Shown here piece after piece: positions 27,870-38,264 of a DNA stretch of 64,000 bases (position 1 is the first letter of the stretch; the number at the start of each line of letters is the position of its first letter). Origin of the DNA: Poseidonia sp. Lineage in GTDB: Archaea > Thermoplasmatota > Poseidoniia > Poseidoniales > Poseidoniaceae. The notes beneath the pieces were generated by a model. It was not told where the DNA came from and made no database searches. It saw only the letters and a program-made list of their open reading frames with translations. A program made the position numbers and the translations under genes. Location: the NCBI GenBank assembly GCA_965661285.1, contig CBFIDD010000001.1, positions 530,776 to 594,775 of the forward strand, in the 5' to 3' direction.

Positions 27870-28493
27870 ATGGAAAAGCGCCGTTCCGTGCAAAGCATTT
27901 TGCTTTGGGTGGTCGCGCTGGTGCTCATCAATACGCTGTGGTTGAATGTGGCGGACCAAACTGCGCCAAACGAAATCAACAACCCCAACCAGTTTCAAAC
28001 CTACCGGGAAGTGGAAATATCGCCCGTTTTTGGATCCTCTTCACCCATTCCAGCCGAATTGAGCACGGTGTTTGAAAGCAACAGCCTTGACAATGCCAAC
28101 GTGAGTTTTTCCATCAAAAAAGACAACCAAAGCACGGTGTTCTCGTGGTCGGGAACGCTCACCGATGAGCCCCCTGTTTGGTCGGATGAACTCGCGCCTG
28201 GGCAGTACACCATCACCACGCTGGTCGAGGAGGGCGTTGATGTCCAACAGCGCTTGAATCTCAAACCCCTCGCAGCCGTCCAGACGCTCGGTCATGTGGT
28301 CCTATCGATATTGTTGGTTGCACTTGCATGGGGAGAACAAGGCGTACGAGCGCTCTACGACCGACGAAAGAAATCCGAGACGGCCCAGCTTGCGGCGGAA
28401 AAGGCACCGTTCAAGACGAAAAAATTTGACACCAACGACGACCAGGTGATGTGGGATGAGTCGGATTCTCCATGGAGAGACCCCGTGCGTTGA
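27870..28493 (+). CDS. Hypothetical membrane protein
   Basis: Two TM segments flanking a small extracellular domain. Confidence 0.75.
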   Translation: MEKRRSVQSILLWVVALVLINTLWLNVADQTAPNEINNPNQFQTYREVEISPVFGSSSPIPAELSTVFESNSLDNANVSFSIKKDNQSTVFSWSGTLTDEPPVWSDELAPGQYTITTLVEEGVDVQQRLNLKPLAAVQTLGHVVLSILLVALAWGEQGVRALYDRRKKSETAQLAAEKAPFKTKKFDTNDDQVMWDESDSPWRDPVR

Positions 28494-28494
28494 G

Positions 28495-31400
28495 TCACAA
28501 AAAGTCCGAGAGCGAGAGTTGTTTTGCACGGTCATTGTTGAACAGGGAATCAGCGCTTGAAGCCAGCCAGTCTGCGTTCTGTCGCGTGTACAAATCCACG
28601 CCGTAATGGTCCATAACAAACGACATGACCTTGATGTATTTGCGTACGGCTCCCTCCGATACCGTCAGCGCAAGATTGCCGTTGCACAATCCACCCTCGG
28701 CTTTGGCAACGCCCATCCTTGAGAGCCCCCGCCCGGTTTCTTTCTTCGGCTGAATGCATTTTCCGGAGAGTGGCATTCGGCGATAGGAATGAGCGCATTT
28801 CAAACATCGGACCTTTTGCCGCCCATAAGCGTTCAAATTCCCGCGCAAATCCGGCAAAAAGTGCGAACGCACCACGCTTGAAGCCACCTGACGGACATTG
28901 ACACCTCGAAGACGATGTCCGAGAGCGAGTTGCCCGTTCATTTTATCGATCATGGTTTCCAAGGTCTTGTAGGCAGAAAGGGCAGGACCCCGGTCGAGCG
29001 CGTGGCAGTCGTGGGTAAATCCGTATCCACGAACCGCAGCGACACTGCCCAGCCGTCGTTCAACGAAATCCATCCGAGACTGGATGTCCTTCGGGTGCGG
29101 TTGTTGCAGGGTGGCTTCGTAGAAATCCCGCTCGTAAAACCACGCCGAATCGACGTTGAGGGCTTCTTTGTCGACCTCGGTGGGATTGAGTCTGGTGGTC
29201 AGCACCAGCGGGGCGTCCATCTGGCCGCCGCGGTTTGCAGGTAAAATCTCACGACTAAAGTTCAACAGACCGTCCATCAAGAGCATGATGGCGTCTTCAT
29301 CGCCGTCGCAGTTTCGTCGTTTTGCGGCGTGGAAGAGAGGGTGAGCGTAGCCGCCCGAACAATCCGCCCAACCGATGATTCGGGAGAGCACCCCGCCGCT
29401 GGTGTGCGGTGCAAGTGCGCACATGAGATGACCGATGAGGTCGTCGGGTTTGTCGGCGTTGTAGTAGGGTTCCATCTTGTAGTACCTCACCAATAATTCA
29501 TCGATGTACTTCGCCGTCCGGAGCAGGAAATCAGCTGCTCCTTTGGCCACGATGAAGTCTTGGGGGAAAATTTCCAGCGTTTGTTCGTCGTCCTGCAAAG
29601 GCCGACCCCTGTAGTCGTGCGTGTAGCCCAACCCGTGAAGCGTTTTCCAAGGAACGCCTATTTCTCGGGGGCGGAAATGCGTAATGGGCACATCGCTCAT
29701 GTCGTAGCGAACCGTCCCGTCCCGGAAGACGGGAAGTTGGTGTTTGGCCCGGAGGATGCCTTTTTCGATGGCCTCAGGCGTCTGGTCTCGGCTGTTCAGT
29801 TTCTTGGTGCACTTGACCTGAGCGGGCAGACGGTCGATGCCCAGACGAATACGGGCGTCTTCCACCATCTCGTCCATGCGAACGGATTGGACTTCGCCTC
29901 GGCGGTAGGCATTGGATTTGGATTCCTTGGCTTGTGTGCGCCCGCCACACGTCTCTCCCGCTTTCGACTCGCCGTGGGCGTCCAATGCGCGATGGTGACA
30001 GCGAAGGAACGGGGATTCGCGTTCGCAAACCGTGCACGTACGACGGCCCAATTGCACCCGAATCGTCCGCTTGTCAAGGGCGTTGTTCAGCAAGCGTTGA
30101 TTTCCACCGTTCAGTTCGATGGGGAACAACGAGTGGGTCATCGGATTCATGATTCGCGGGGCGGCCTTTTCGGGACGTCCCATTCGGCAGCCGACGCGAA
30201 CGGGTGCGCTGTGTTCCCAGCGAAGGTCGGAAAGTTGCCGCACGAGAACCATGATGCCCTCAATGGCATGTTCGTCCTCCAAACGTTGAGCGGCGAGGTA
30301 AGCGGCAGGATCTTTGGGGCCCTCATCGGGAACAGAAGCTGCAGCATCGCGTCCCACGCGGTCGGTTTCGGCGATCCCCAGGCCGCGCTGTCGGGCGCCT
30401 GTTTCGGCAGCGATACGAATTGTGGCGCGCTCCTTTTCCAGTTCGCCTTTACGAGCGCGCTCCTCATCGAGCACGTGCTTGGCACGACGCAGGGCTGCGA
30501 GGCGGTCGTTGGTGACCTTCGCGGCGTTCTTTTGTCGGACAGGCGTTGCACCTTCCGCCGAGAAACCGAGTCCCTCAAGCAAGGATTCCCAGCCCGAGGT
30601 CACCACGATATCTGAACCGTCGTGGTGGTGAGCAAGGCCGAGCAACATCATCGCACCCTTGACGAGCCCGTGTTGTTTCAAGGCCCACCATTCAGGCAGG
30701 TCCCGGGTCATGACCGGTTGCTCGAGGTCAAACGACGGCCCAGCATGAGATGCGGTGGCCTCATCCGGTCGCTCGGGTTGCAATTGGTCCATCATATCCG
30801 CGGACCAATCCTTGGCCCCGTTTGGTAGACGGAGTTGCCGTGTGCTTGGGGCGGGCTGCGCACCACTCGGCGCATCTGCGACGTCCATCGCCTCTATCTG
30901 TGCCCCTTCGACCACCTTGAGAACGGCGGGGAGCCATTCGATGGGGAGGTCCTTGAACCAGGGATTGTGAGGCGGGGGAAGGGAGGTCGCGAATCGCTTT
31001 GAGCACGCCACGGCTTGGGGCCAGGTCAACGCCAGCGAGCGGAGTTGTTCGTGCCATTCGCAACGAATCCAAAACTGCGTGTTGGGGTCCTCGCATTCCT
31101 CCGGGCGAAGACCGGGGGTGCCGTCAGGCCAGTCTCCTCGGTCGGCGTTCAAGGTCTCGAGGAAATAGCCCACATCAGCGTCGGTCGTGAGGCTGTCGAG
31201 CATGTCGCTGGCCCACCAGTCCATCGTGTAACCTGCGGGCACCAAGCGCTTGTTGTTCTCCATAAATTCTCCGTAGCCGATGACGAGCTCTCCGTTGTCC
31301 CATACCTGCTTGACGCGATGGCGGAGTTCCGCGTAGGCGGCTGGGTCATCGACGCGCAGGAAACGCCCGTCCTCCAAGACCACCCAAGGACCCTCGGATT

Positions 31401-32586
31401 CGTCGCAGGGCGTGATGGCGCAGGCTTTCCCGGGTCGTTCAATCTTCATCTGCGTCCCAATGGTGATGAAATCGTCGAGGGCGAGCATCGATGCGGTGTT
31501 GGTCGATGCAGCAGCAAGGCCTGAGGGGCGAGCGCGCCCGTAGCGGAGGCGAAAACCACCGGGTTGCAGCGGCCCACCAAATACCGGCCGGCCGGCGATG
31601 ATGTCCTTCATGAATTTGGTAATGGGGGGGATTTGTTGGCTCTTGAAGGTTGATTTGTCCGCGGTTTCCGACTCCTTTCCGCGGCTTGCAAACTTCGTGA
31701 TGAAGTCCCAACCTGGCAGGTTCAACCGCTCGGTGTGCTTCTGGATTTTCGGTGCCTTCAAACACATGCCTTCACCGATGACTAAGAGGACGCCACCGCG
31801 AATCCGTGCCTCGTCGATGTTGCGCACGTTGCCGTATCCGGCACATTCGATTCGTTCGGTCGATTCACCGTTCACCATCACCGGGCATGCCCGAACAATC
31901 TCGTCAATTTCTTCTGGCGAAGGACGGTATTGGAGGTTCCCGCGATACAACCCGAATTCCTCCTTGACCCGCTCGACCTCAGGGTCGGTGGGCTGGTAAT
32001 GTCCAATGTTCAATTCACGGCGAATCATGTCGGCGATGAGCACCGCCAGCGCTTGGGCGGTTCCACCCGCAGCACGGATGGGGCCCGCAAAGTGAACCGA
32101 GACAAATTGAGAACCGTCGATGTTGTTGAGCAGTCGCACCTCGCTGATCCCTTCCAGCGGGGCGACAAGAACCGCCTCGGTCAAGACCGCCAATCCCACG
32201 CGAAGACCGACATCAATTGATTTCTCGAGGTCGAAGCCCTGTTCGCGAAAACCGCGGGCGACCGACTGTGCGATGATGATGGACGTGGTCTCACGGTCGT
32301 GTTCGTCAAGCAAGGCCCGAATGTCATCTGCGACTTCGTAGCCTTCGAGGTGCTCGATGAGAAGTTTCTCCGTTCGGCCGGCGAGGTCTGAGGCCCGAGG
32401 AATCTCCACTCGGTCTTTGTGGTCAAGACCGAGTTGGCGAGCCTGCTCGGCGAGGCGGTAGGCGTCATCAGCGCGCTCATCGAGCCATTGGTGGTACGCC
32501 ACCATCTCTCGGTCTAGACGGTCCACGTCCACACCGATGAGGGGGTTGCTTTCCCCCACAACTGCGCCCTGGTCGGATTCGAACAT
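28495..32586 (-). CDS. polC: DNA polymerase D large subunit DP2
   Basis: AGPIRAAGGTAQA, GGFRLRYGR, RMGRPEKA, AAKRRNCDGDEDAIMLLMDGLLNFS, C-terminal PIP-like QLSLSDFL. Confidence 0.98.
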   Translation of the reverse strand: MFESDQGAVVGESNPLIGVDVDRLDREMVAYHQWLDERADDAYRLAEQARQLGLDHKDRVEIPRASDLAGRTEKLLIEHLEGYEVADDIRALLDEHDRETTSIIIAQSVARGFREQGFDLEKSIDVGLRVGLAVLTEAVLVAPLEGISEVRLLNNIDGSQFVSVHFAGPIRAAGGTAQALAVLIADMIRRELNIGHYQPTDPEVERVKEEFGLYRGNLQYRPSPEEIDEIVRACPVMVNGESTERIECAGYGNVRNIDEARIRGGVLLVIGEGMCLKAPKIQKHTERLNLPGWDFITKFASRGKESETADKSTFKSQQIPPITKFMKDIIAGRPVFGGPLQPGGFRLRYGRARPSGLAAASTNTASMLALDDFITIGTQMKIERPGKACAITPCDESEGPWVVLEDGRFLRVDDPAAYAELRHRVKQVWDNGELVIGYGEFMENNKRLVPAGYTMDWWASDMLDSLTTDADVGYFLETLNADRGDWPDGTPGLRPEECEDPNTQFWIRCEWHEQLRSLALTWPQAVACSKRFATSLPPPHNPWFKDLPIEWLPAVLKVVEGAQIEAMDVADAPSGAQPAPSTRQLRLPNGAKDWSADMMDQLQPERPDEATASHAGPSFDLEQPVMTRDLPEWWALKQHGLVKGAMMLLGLAHHHDGSDIVVTSGWESLLEGLGFSAEGATPVRQKNAAKVTNDRLAALRRAKHVLDEERARKGELEKERATIRIAAETGARQRGLGIAETDRVGRDAAASVPDEGPKDPAAYLAAQRLEDEHAIEGIMVLVRQLSDLRWEHSAPVRVGCRMGRPEKAAPRIMNPMTHSLFPIELNGGNQRLLNNALDKRTIRVQLGRRTCTVCERESPFLRCHHRALDAHGESKAGETCGGRTQAKESKSNAYRRGEVQSVRMDEMVEDARIRLGIDRLPAQVKCTKKLNSRDQTPEAIEKGILRAKHQLPVFRDGTVRYDMSDVPITHFRPREIGVPWKTLHGLGYTHDYRGRPLQDDEQTLEIFPQDFIVAKGAADFLLRTAKYIDELLVRYYKMEPYYNADKPDDLIGHLMCALAPHTSGGVLSRIIGWADCSGGYAHPLFHAAKRRNCDGDEDAIMLLMDGLLNFSREILPANRGGQMDAPLVLTTRLNPTEVDKEALNVDSAWFYERDFYEATLQQPHPKDIQSRMDFVERRLGSVAAVRGYGFTHDCHALDRGPALSAYKTLETMIDKMNGQLALGHRLRGVNVRQVASSVVRSHFLPDLRGNLNAYGRQKVRCLKCAHSYRRMPLSGKCIQPKKETGRGLSRMGVAKAEGGLCNGNLALTVSEGAVRKYIKVMSFVMDHYGVDLYTRQNADWLASSADSLFNNDRAKQLSLSDFL

Positions 32587-32706
32587 GTTCACTCATTCCC
32601 TCTTTCCCACGACCCTTTATCATCAACACGGTTCGCTTGAATGAAACCATCCTGCCAACAGGACTCCAAAGGAAAGTTCATGTCATGACGGCCAAGAAAG
32701 GTGTTC

Positions 32707-33306
32707 ATGGCCGTCCACGATACCGTTCGAACACATCCCGACTGGCCAACCCTCGCCCGTCTGGTCCACGAGTTGGCGTTCCTCGACGGAGGCGACGACA
32801 CGGCCTTCACCCTTGCGAGCGGTCGGCAATCTCGGTGGTTTTTCGACACCAAGCCCGTCATGATGCACCCGCAAGCGGCGAGCATCATGGGCCGCCTGCT
32901 CAACATCCGCATCAAGGCGCTGGGCGCCAACCTTGTGGGTGGTCTTGAGTTGGGCGCCGTACCGCTCACCGCCTTGGTGGTCGCCTCACCCGATGCCTCC
33001 GAGGAACTCCGCGGTTTCATGGTCAGGAAATCGCCCAAAGGCCGAGGAGGACGGAAAACCAACAACCCCCCGGGCATTGAAGGCACGTCCCTCGAAGGCG
33101 GTGGCGATGTGGTCATCGTTGAGGATGTCACCACGACGGGTGGGTCCTCCATCGTCGCCGTGGAGCGAATTCACAATGACACCGACTGCAAGGTGGTCGC
33201 CGTCATCAGCATCCTTGACCGCGAAGAAGGAGCCGAGCAAGCGTTCGCAGAAGCTGGGATTCCCTTCGAGTCCCTCTTGACACGCTCAGACATCGTCGCC
33301 CTTTGA
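32707..33306 (+). CDS. pyrE: Orotate phosphoribosyltransferase
   Basis: FTLASG.QS..FFD, GLELGAVP, VEDVTTTGGS, DREEG. Confidence 0.93.
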   Translation: MAVHDTVRTHPDWPTLARLVHELAFLDGGDDTAFTLASGRQSRWFFDTKPVMMHPQAASIMGRLLNIRIKALGANLVGGLELGAVPLTALVVASPDASEELRGFMVRKSPKGRGGRKTNNPPGIEGTSLEGGGDVVIVEDVTTTGGSSIVAVERIHNDTDCKVVAVISILDREEGAEQAFAEAGIPFESLLTRSDIVAL

Positions 33307-33315
33307 GGTGAAGTT

Positions 33316-34608
33316 GTGTATCGAGTCTTCAAACCAGCAACCGTCTCTTCAGAGGGGCTGGTGGAACATGCGCAAGACGCTACAGCTCCTGAAGGACTGA
33401 TGTTCTTCCACGCCAAGGAAGGTCGGCCCTTAGCCACACCTTGGCAGGTGGCCGCGCTGCGTGCCCAAACGGTGAACAAACATACCCTACCGGCCGGCGT
33501 GGTGGTGGATTGTGCCTGCGGCAGTGGCATTCAGCTCGCCGCTTACGCTACGGTTCTGCAACGTCCTGTCCTCGGCGTGGAACTCGTGGAAGACCGAGCC
33601 AGAGCGAGCGCCGTCAACCTGCAAACCGTCGCCGACCACACCCAAGCGAATGGACGTGATTGGTTCGTGCAAAGTTCCGTCTTGGCCGGCGATGGGACTG
33701 CGGCAGAAGACGTGCTTGCGGGAGTTGAAGGCATCGATGCTGGTGTGGCCTTTCTCCACCTCGACCCTGCTCGACCACGAAACAGTCGCAACCACGCGCT
33801 TGAGGAGATGCAACCACCGCTCCATACCGTGATTGAAGCATGGGTGCCGCAGTTTACCGCCTCGCCCGAAGGCCCCGCACTTCTGCTCGACCTCTCACCT
33901 CGGCTGTCCGCTTCTCAACGAGATGAGGTGGAGGCCATTGTGGACCGTATCCGCCCCGGTCTTGCAAGAACCTGGGAGTGGACCTCCCGGGGCCGAGGAC
34001 GCGTGGACCGCCTTGCGCTCTGGCTTGGTGGTGTAGCGCAGCCCGGTGTAGCACGCAGATTTGTACGCGTCCCCTCCTCCCTTGCGTCTGCGCCTCTGGT
34101 GCTCGAAACGAGTGACACCCAAACCTCGCTAACGTGCAGACATCATCCCCCCAAACGCGGCGAACAGGTCAGCATCCTCGATGCTGCGCTCGTCGAAAGC
34201 GGTCTGGTTGAAACATGGCTGGATCGCGTCGCAGCCGGCGACCAGGTGCGTTGGGGATTGACCGAGGGAAGACGACCGCAACTCCACCATGACCGGCCGC
34301 TTGCCCTTCATGGCGACGATTCGTGGTTGGTCCAAGCCACGGGCAAAGTGGTTGAACTTCTGAAGTTTAACCTCGACGAGACCACCGTCGACCGGTTGGT
34401 TGAAATCGCGCTCGAACACCGACTGGCTTCGGTCAAACTCCGGTTCGACCTTGACCCTTCGCAACAACCTATTTTGCAGGGCTCGCTGGACCGGCAACTG
34501 CGAAGACGGCACGGGGTGCGCGAGGGTTTTGTGGCGCGACATCCCGGAGCCAATGTCTTGCTGCTCTGCGTTTCTCCCGAGAATGACGATGCTTCTGGTC
34601 CAATCTGA
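33316..34608 (+). CDS. Class I SAM-dependent methyltransferase (THUMP-like/TGS-related)
   Basis: VVVDCACGSG, GVE, LDPAR, LSP; SD GAGGTGA before GTG. Confidence 0.75.
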   Translation: MYRVFKPATVSSEGLVEHAQDATAPEGLMFFHAKEGRPLATPWQVAALRAQTVNKHTLPAGVVVDCACGSGIQLAAYATVLQRPVLGVELVEDRARASAVNLQTVADHTQANGRDWFVQSSVLAGDGTAAEDVLAGVEGIDAGVAFLHLDPARPRNSRNHALEEMQPPLHTVIEAWVPQFTASPEGPALLLDLSPRLSASQRDEVEAIVDRIRPGLARTWEWTSRGRGRVDRLALWLGGVAQPGVARRFVRVPSSLASAPLVLETSDTQTSLTCRHHPPKRGEQVSILDAALVESGLVETWLDRVAAGDQVRWGLTEGRRPQLHHDRPLALHGDDSWLVQATGKVVELLKFNLDETTVDRLVEIALEHRLASVKLRFDLDPSQQPILQGSLDRQLRRRHGVREGFVARHPGANVLLLCVSPENDDASGPI

Positions 34609-34717
34609 TGGCGGTTTCGCGGCTCAGTGGCGCGAATCTCATCATCGCGGTCTTGATATATGGGAGGTTGGTCGGAGGGATGCTTGACACTGTGGTGTTA
34701 ACGTAGAGGGAAACCAT

Positions 34718-35185
34718 ATGGCACGACCGAAGGATGAGGACCTTGGTGATGATTTTTCATACATTTTGCGTATGGCAGATACGGACATGGACGGCTTGAA
34801 GCCGCTCGCCACTGCCTTGACGTCCGTCAAGGGCGTCGGCGCCCGTACCGCCATCCAAATCTGCAAAAACACTGGATTTGACCCCTACAAGCTCGCTGGT
34901 TTCCTCGACCCCGAACAGCAGGAACAACTCCGTCTTGCCATTGAATCCTATGCTGAGAACGTCCCTCTGTGGATGCTCAACCGACAGCGAGACCTCGAAA
35001 CCGGCAACGAAATTCATCTGACCGGCCAACAGGTTCGTTTCACGCTGAAAGACGACATTGACCGTCTTCGAACCATGAAGTGCTACCGCGGTGTTCGCCA
35101 CGCATCTGGCAACAAAGTCCGTGGTCAGCGCGGTCGTTCCAACGGCCGTGGTGGCCTGACGTTGGGTGTCAGCCGAACCAAGTGA
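34718..35185 (+). CDS. rps13: 30S ribosomal protein uS13
   Basis: ALTSVKGVG, WMLNRQRD, YRGVRH..G.KVRGQR.RSNGR. Confidence 0.98.
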   Translation: MARPKDEDLGDDFSYILRMADTDMDGLKPLATALTSVKGVGARTAIQICKNTGFDPYKLAGFLDPEQQEQLRLAIESYAENVPLWMLNRQRDLETGNEIHLTGQQVRFTLKDDIDRLRTMKCYRGVRHASGNKVRGQRGRSNGRGGLTLGVSRTK

Positions 35186-35200
35186 TGAGGAGGAATTGAG

Positions 35201-35851
35201 ATGGGAGAACCAAAGTTTTCACGACCCAAGTACGACACGCCTTCTCACCCTTGGAAGGCGGACAGAATCGAGGAAGAACACGCCATCAAGGAAAATCACG
35301 GCCTCAAGAACATGAAGGAGATTTGGAAGGCCAAATCCCAACTTCGCCGACATCGACGCCAAGCCATGCGTTTGATCGGAAACGTCGACACCACCGAAGG
35401 GCACGGCAAGCGAGAGCAAGAAGACCTGCTCCGTTCGCTTCATCACAAGGGTCTGATCGAATCCGACGCTGTTCTCGGTGATGTCCTTTCGCTGGGTACC
35501 GAAGATGTGCTGAACCGCCGTCTCCAAGCTCAGGTTTACTACAAAGGGTTCGCATGCACCATGAAGCAGGCTCGCCAACTCATCACACACGGCCAAATCT
35601 GCATCGGAGACCAAAAGATCACCATCCCATCCTACGCCGTGAGCCGAGACGAAGAAGCCGAACTCCGCTACCATCCAGCCTCCCCCCTTAACGACCCGAA
35701 CCACCCCATCCGCAAGGCCATCGAGGGTGTTCGTGATGCCGCCAACTACGAGGACGGCGAAGTCGACCCGGAAGCGACGCCCGAATTCGCTGAAGAAGTT
35801 CGCGAGGCCGGAGAAGCCTCCACAGCAGCCATTGAAGGAGGCGATGAGTGA
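35201..35851 (+). CDS. rps4: 30S ribosomal protein uS4
   Basis: YDTPSHPW, GLKN..EIWK, RRLQ.QV, ARQLITHG. Confidence 0.98.
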   Translation: MGEPKFSRPKYDTPSHPWKADRIEEEHAIKENHGLKNMKEIWKAKSQLRRHRRQAMRLIGNVDTTEGHGKREQEDLLRSLHHKGLIESDAVLGDVLSLGTEDVLNRRLQAQVYYKGFACTMKQARQLITHGQICIGDQKITIPSYAVSRDEEAELRYHPASPLNDPNHPIRKAIEGVRDAANYEDGEVDPEATPEFAEEVREAGEASTAAIEGGDE

Positions 35852-36234
35852 TGTCCCGCAAAGCCATCGTCAACATCTTCAGTTCGTACAACAACATTCT
35901 GATGACGGCCACGGATTTGACCGGCGCCGAAACCATCACCACCTGCAACGGCGGCGAAGTCGTCAAAGCCGGCAAGGACAAAGGCGGGCAATTCGCTGCC
36001 ACCCGAGCCGCCGAGCGCATGGCTGACGCCCTCAAGGACAAGGAGTTCAACGAACTTATCGTCAAGTACCGTGCTCCAGGTGGAAACCTCTCCAACAACA
36101 CCGGACCCGGCGCCCAAGCCGCCATTCGTGCACTCACCCGTGCGGGCATGACCATCACTCGAATCGAAGACGTCACCCCCCTTGCCCACGATGGTACCAA
36201 GAAAAAGGGTGGCCGACGCGGCCGACGTGTCTGA
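35851..36234 (+). CDS. rps11: 30S ribosomal protein uS11
   Basis: TDLTGAET, GPGAQAAIRAL.R.G, RIEDVTP..HDG...KGGRRGRRV; TGATG coupling to uS4. Confidence 0.98.
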   Translation: MSRKAIVNIFSSYNNILMTATDLTGAETITTCNGGEVVKAGKDKGGQFAATRAAERMADALKDKEFNELIVKYRAPGGNLSNNTGPGAQAAIRALTRAGMTITRIEDVTPLAHDGTKKKGGRRGRRV

Positions 36235-36249
36235 TGAATAGGTGATAAA

Positions 36250-37182
36250 ATGAAGACCGAAGTCGTTCAAGGCTGGCCACAGGGCCACGAAATCCGCATC
36301 CTGATCAGCGAAACCGACGCTTCTCAGGTGAACGCTATTCGACGAGCACTCATCGCCGATGTTCCCAAGTTGGCCATCACCCGTGTTGACTTCTCCCAAG
36401 GCGTCACGCAGGACAACAAGGGCGAAGTCGTTGAATCCGTCAACGTGCTTCCCGACGAAGTGCTCGCCCACCGACTGGCCATGATCCCCATTCCAACCAA
36501 CCTCGACGAAGGTTTGGTCTTCCCCGACCAGTGTCAAAACTGTGCGGATGTAGTTGAAAAGGACAAGGGCTGCCCCATGTGTCAAGTCCTCTACACCCTT
36601 TCCGCTCGCGGTCCAGCCTCCGATGCTGAAGAGGATTTCAAAACCGTTTACGCAGGCGACATCACCACCATTTCAGACCCGGTTTTTGACATTCGTGATG
36701 AACACAAGCAAATCCCGCTGACCGTTCTGGCCAAGGGGCAATTCCTTGAATTCTATGCATTCGCTGTTCTTGGACGAGGTCGCGACCACGCCAAGTGGTC
36801 GCCGGTCGCAGCCGTGGGCTTCCGACCTCAGCATGTCGCCGTTCTCAACAAGCCAAAGAAGGCCAGCGTGTTGTTTGACCTTGGTTTGACCACCACCGAT
36901 GGCACGCCCATTAACGCCAAACTCTTCGGCAAGGACAAGAAATTGACCGACATTAACCACGTGATGGACCTTGAGAAGGCCCTTCACCAAATTGGGCCGG
37001 GTACGGGTCGGGAAGATGACTTCGACGACGCCATCACGCTCGAGCCGGTTGATGGCGCCTACATCTTCTCCTACGAAACCGACGGCAGTCATGACCCGGT
37101 CACGGTGTTCAACATGGCGCTTGACGAGTTGAAGAATCGCTTCGACAACCTCGGTGAAGACCTGGCATCTGCCCTCGCCTGA
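36250..37182 (+). CDS. rpoD: DNA-directed RNA polymerase subunit D (Rpo3)
   Basis: NAIRRALIADVP.LAI, DEVLAHRLAMIP, G.GRDHAKWSP, ETDGS. Confidence 0.96.
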   Translation: MKTEVVQGWPQGHEIRILISETDASQVNAIRRALIADVPKLAITRVDFSQGVTQDNKGEVVESVNVLPDEVLAHRLAMIPIPTNLDEGLVFPDQCQNCADVVEKDKGCPMCQVLYTLSARGPASDAEEDFKTVYAGDITTISDPVFDIRDEHKQIPLTVLAKGQFLEFYAFAVLGRGRDHAKWSPVAAVGFRPQHVAVLNKPKKASVLFDLGLTTTDGTPINAKLFGKDKKLTDINHVMDLEKALHQIGPGTGREDDFDDAITLEPVDGAYIFSYETDGSHDPVTVFNMALDELKNRFDNLGEDLASALA

Positions 37183-37229
37183 AGACTCCAACGCGGGGTT
37201 CATCAGCCATCGCTGCCTCGCTTGATGCG

Positions 37230-38264
37230 ATGACGTCCACAACCGTTCAACGATGCGGCGGACACATCACGCTTCTGTTTAGCATCGACAAATCCAGTGC
37301 GTTGATGCGGAGCCAAGGAAGCCGAGGTGCTGGCTTTTCGATTCACCACGGCGTTGAGGTGGAGGCTTCGCTTCAGCGAACCGCCCCCGATGAGTCGGGA
37401 AAAATGTACGGCATTGACCCCGACCGACCCCCATCTGCCACCCCACCGAAACCGTCCTCCATCTCCGTGATCAACATGCACGGAGAGCATTTGGAAAGCG
37501 CCGGACTGTACCTTGATTTTCTTGAAGCCTGCCGCCAGGCCACGCTGCTTCGTTCCGAAGAAGGGTTGGACATCAAGGTACGATTAGAATGCCCCACCAG
37601 CCAAGGGTTTGGCATGTCTGCAGCAGGACTCATTGCGCTTGGAAAGGCTGTTCACCATTTGACCGGCCGTGGACGATTGGTCCAGTACCTGAAGATCGCT
37701 CATCGTATCGAGCGTACCCACGGGGCCGGTCTTGGCGACGTGCTCGGCGCCTCCGTTGGTGGTGTCGAACTTCGCGTTTCGCCGGGTGCACCCGGATGGC
37801 CGGGGGAAGCGCTGAGTTTTTCTTGCGATGCGCCGGTGTTGTTGATTTGGAATCCACACGAGCAACGCCACACGGCCACCTACATCGACGACCCTGTTTG
37901 GCAGCGGTCCATTACCGATGCCGGCAACGCCTGCGTTGACGCCTTGGCATCATCGCCGTGGGATATTGGGCGCTGGCCCGAGGTTTTGACCCAGTCGCGT
38001 GCGTTTGCCGCTGCGTCTGGGATGCTGGAGGAAGAGGACCGAGCTCGTCTCTACCGAAGCGTGCTTGAAGCGGTCCAGTTCGCTGAAGCACAAGCACATC
38101 TTGCTGTGCGTTTGTGCATGTTGGGAAGTTCGGCCGTGGTCGTGCCTCGCCAACTGGACGGTTCAACGGATGTGGACGCCCTCCAAGCCGTGGCTGCAGC
38201 GGCCGAGAACCACGGTTACAGAACCATGATGACATCGATATCAGCGGTCAATCCTCAGCCGTGA
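37230..38264 (+). CDS. Pantoate kinase (GHMP family)
   Basis: GHITLLF, GSRGAGF, GFGMSAAG, AH..E....GLGDV, R..PGAPG, CMLG.S. Confidence 0.85.
   Translation: MTSTTVQRCGGHITLLFSIDKSSALMRSQGSRGAGFSIHHGVEVEASLQRTAPDESGKMYGIDPDRPPSATPPKPSSISVINMHGEHLESAGLYLDFLEACRQATLLRSEEGLDIKVRLECPTSQGFGMSAAGLIALGKAVHHLTGRGRLVQYLKIAHRIERTHGAGLGDVLGASVGGVELRVSPGAPGWPGEALSFSCDAPVLLIWNPHEQRHTATYIDDPVWQRSITDAGNACVDALASSPWDIGRWPEVLTQSRAFAAASGMLEEEDRARLYRSVLEAVQFAEAQAHLAVRLCMLGSSAVVVPRQLDGSTDVDALQAVAAAAENHGYRTMMTSISAVNPQP

Noticed and set aside
29290-29330. Intein in DP2
   Set aside because: The usual insertion site RRNCDGDED is uninterrupted, and no splice-junction or LAGLIDADG motifs are seen.
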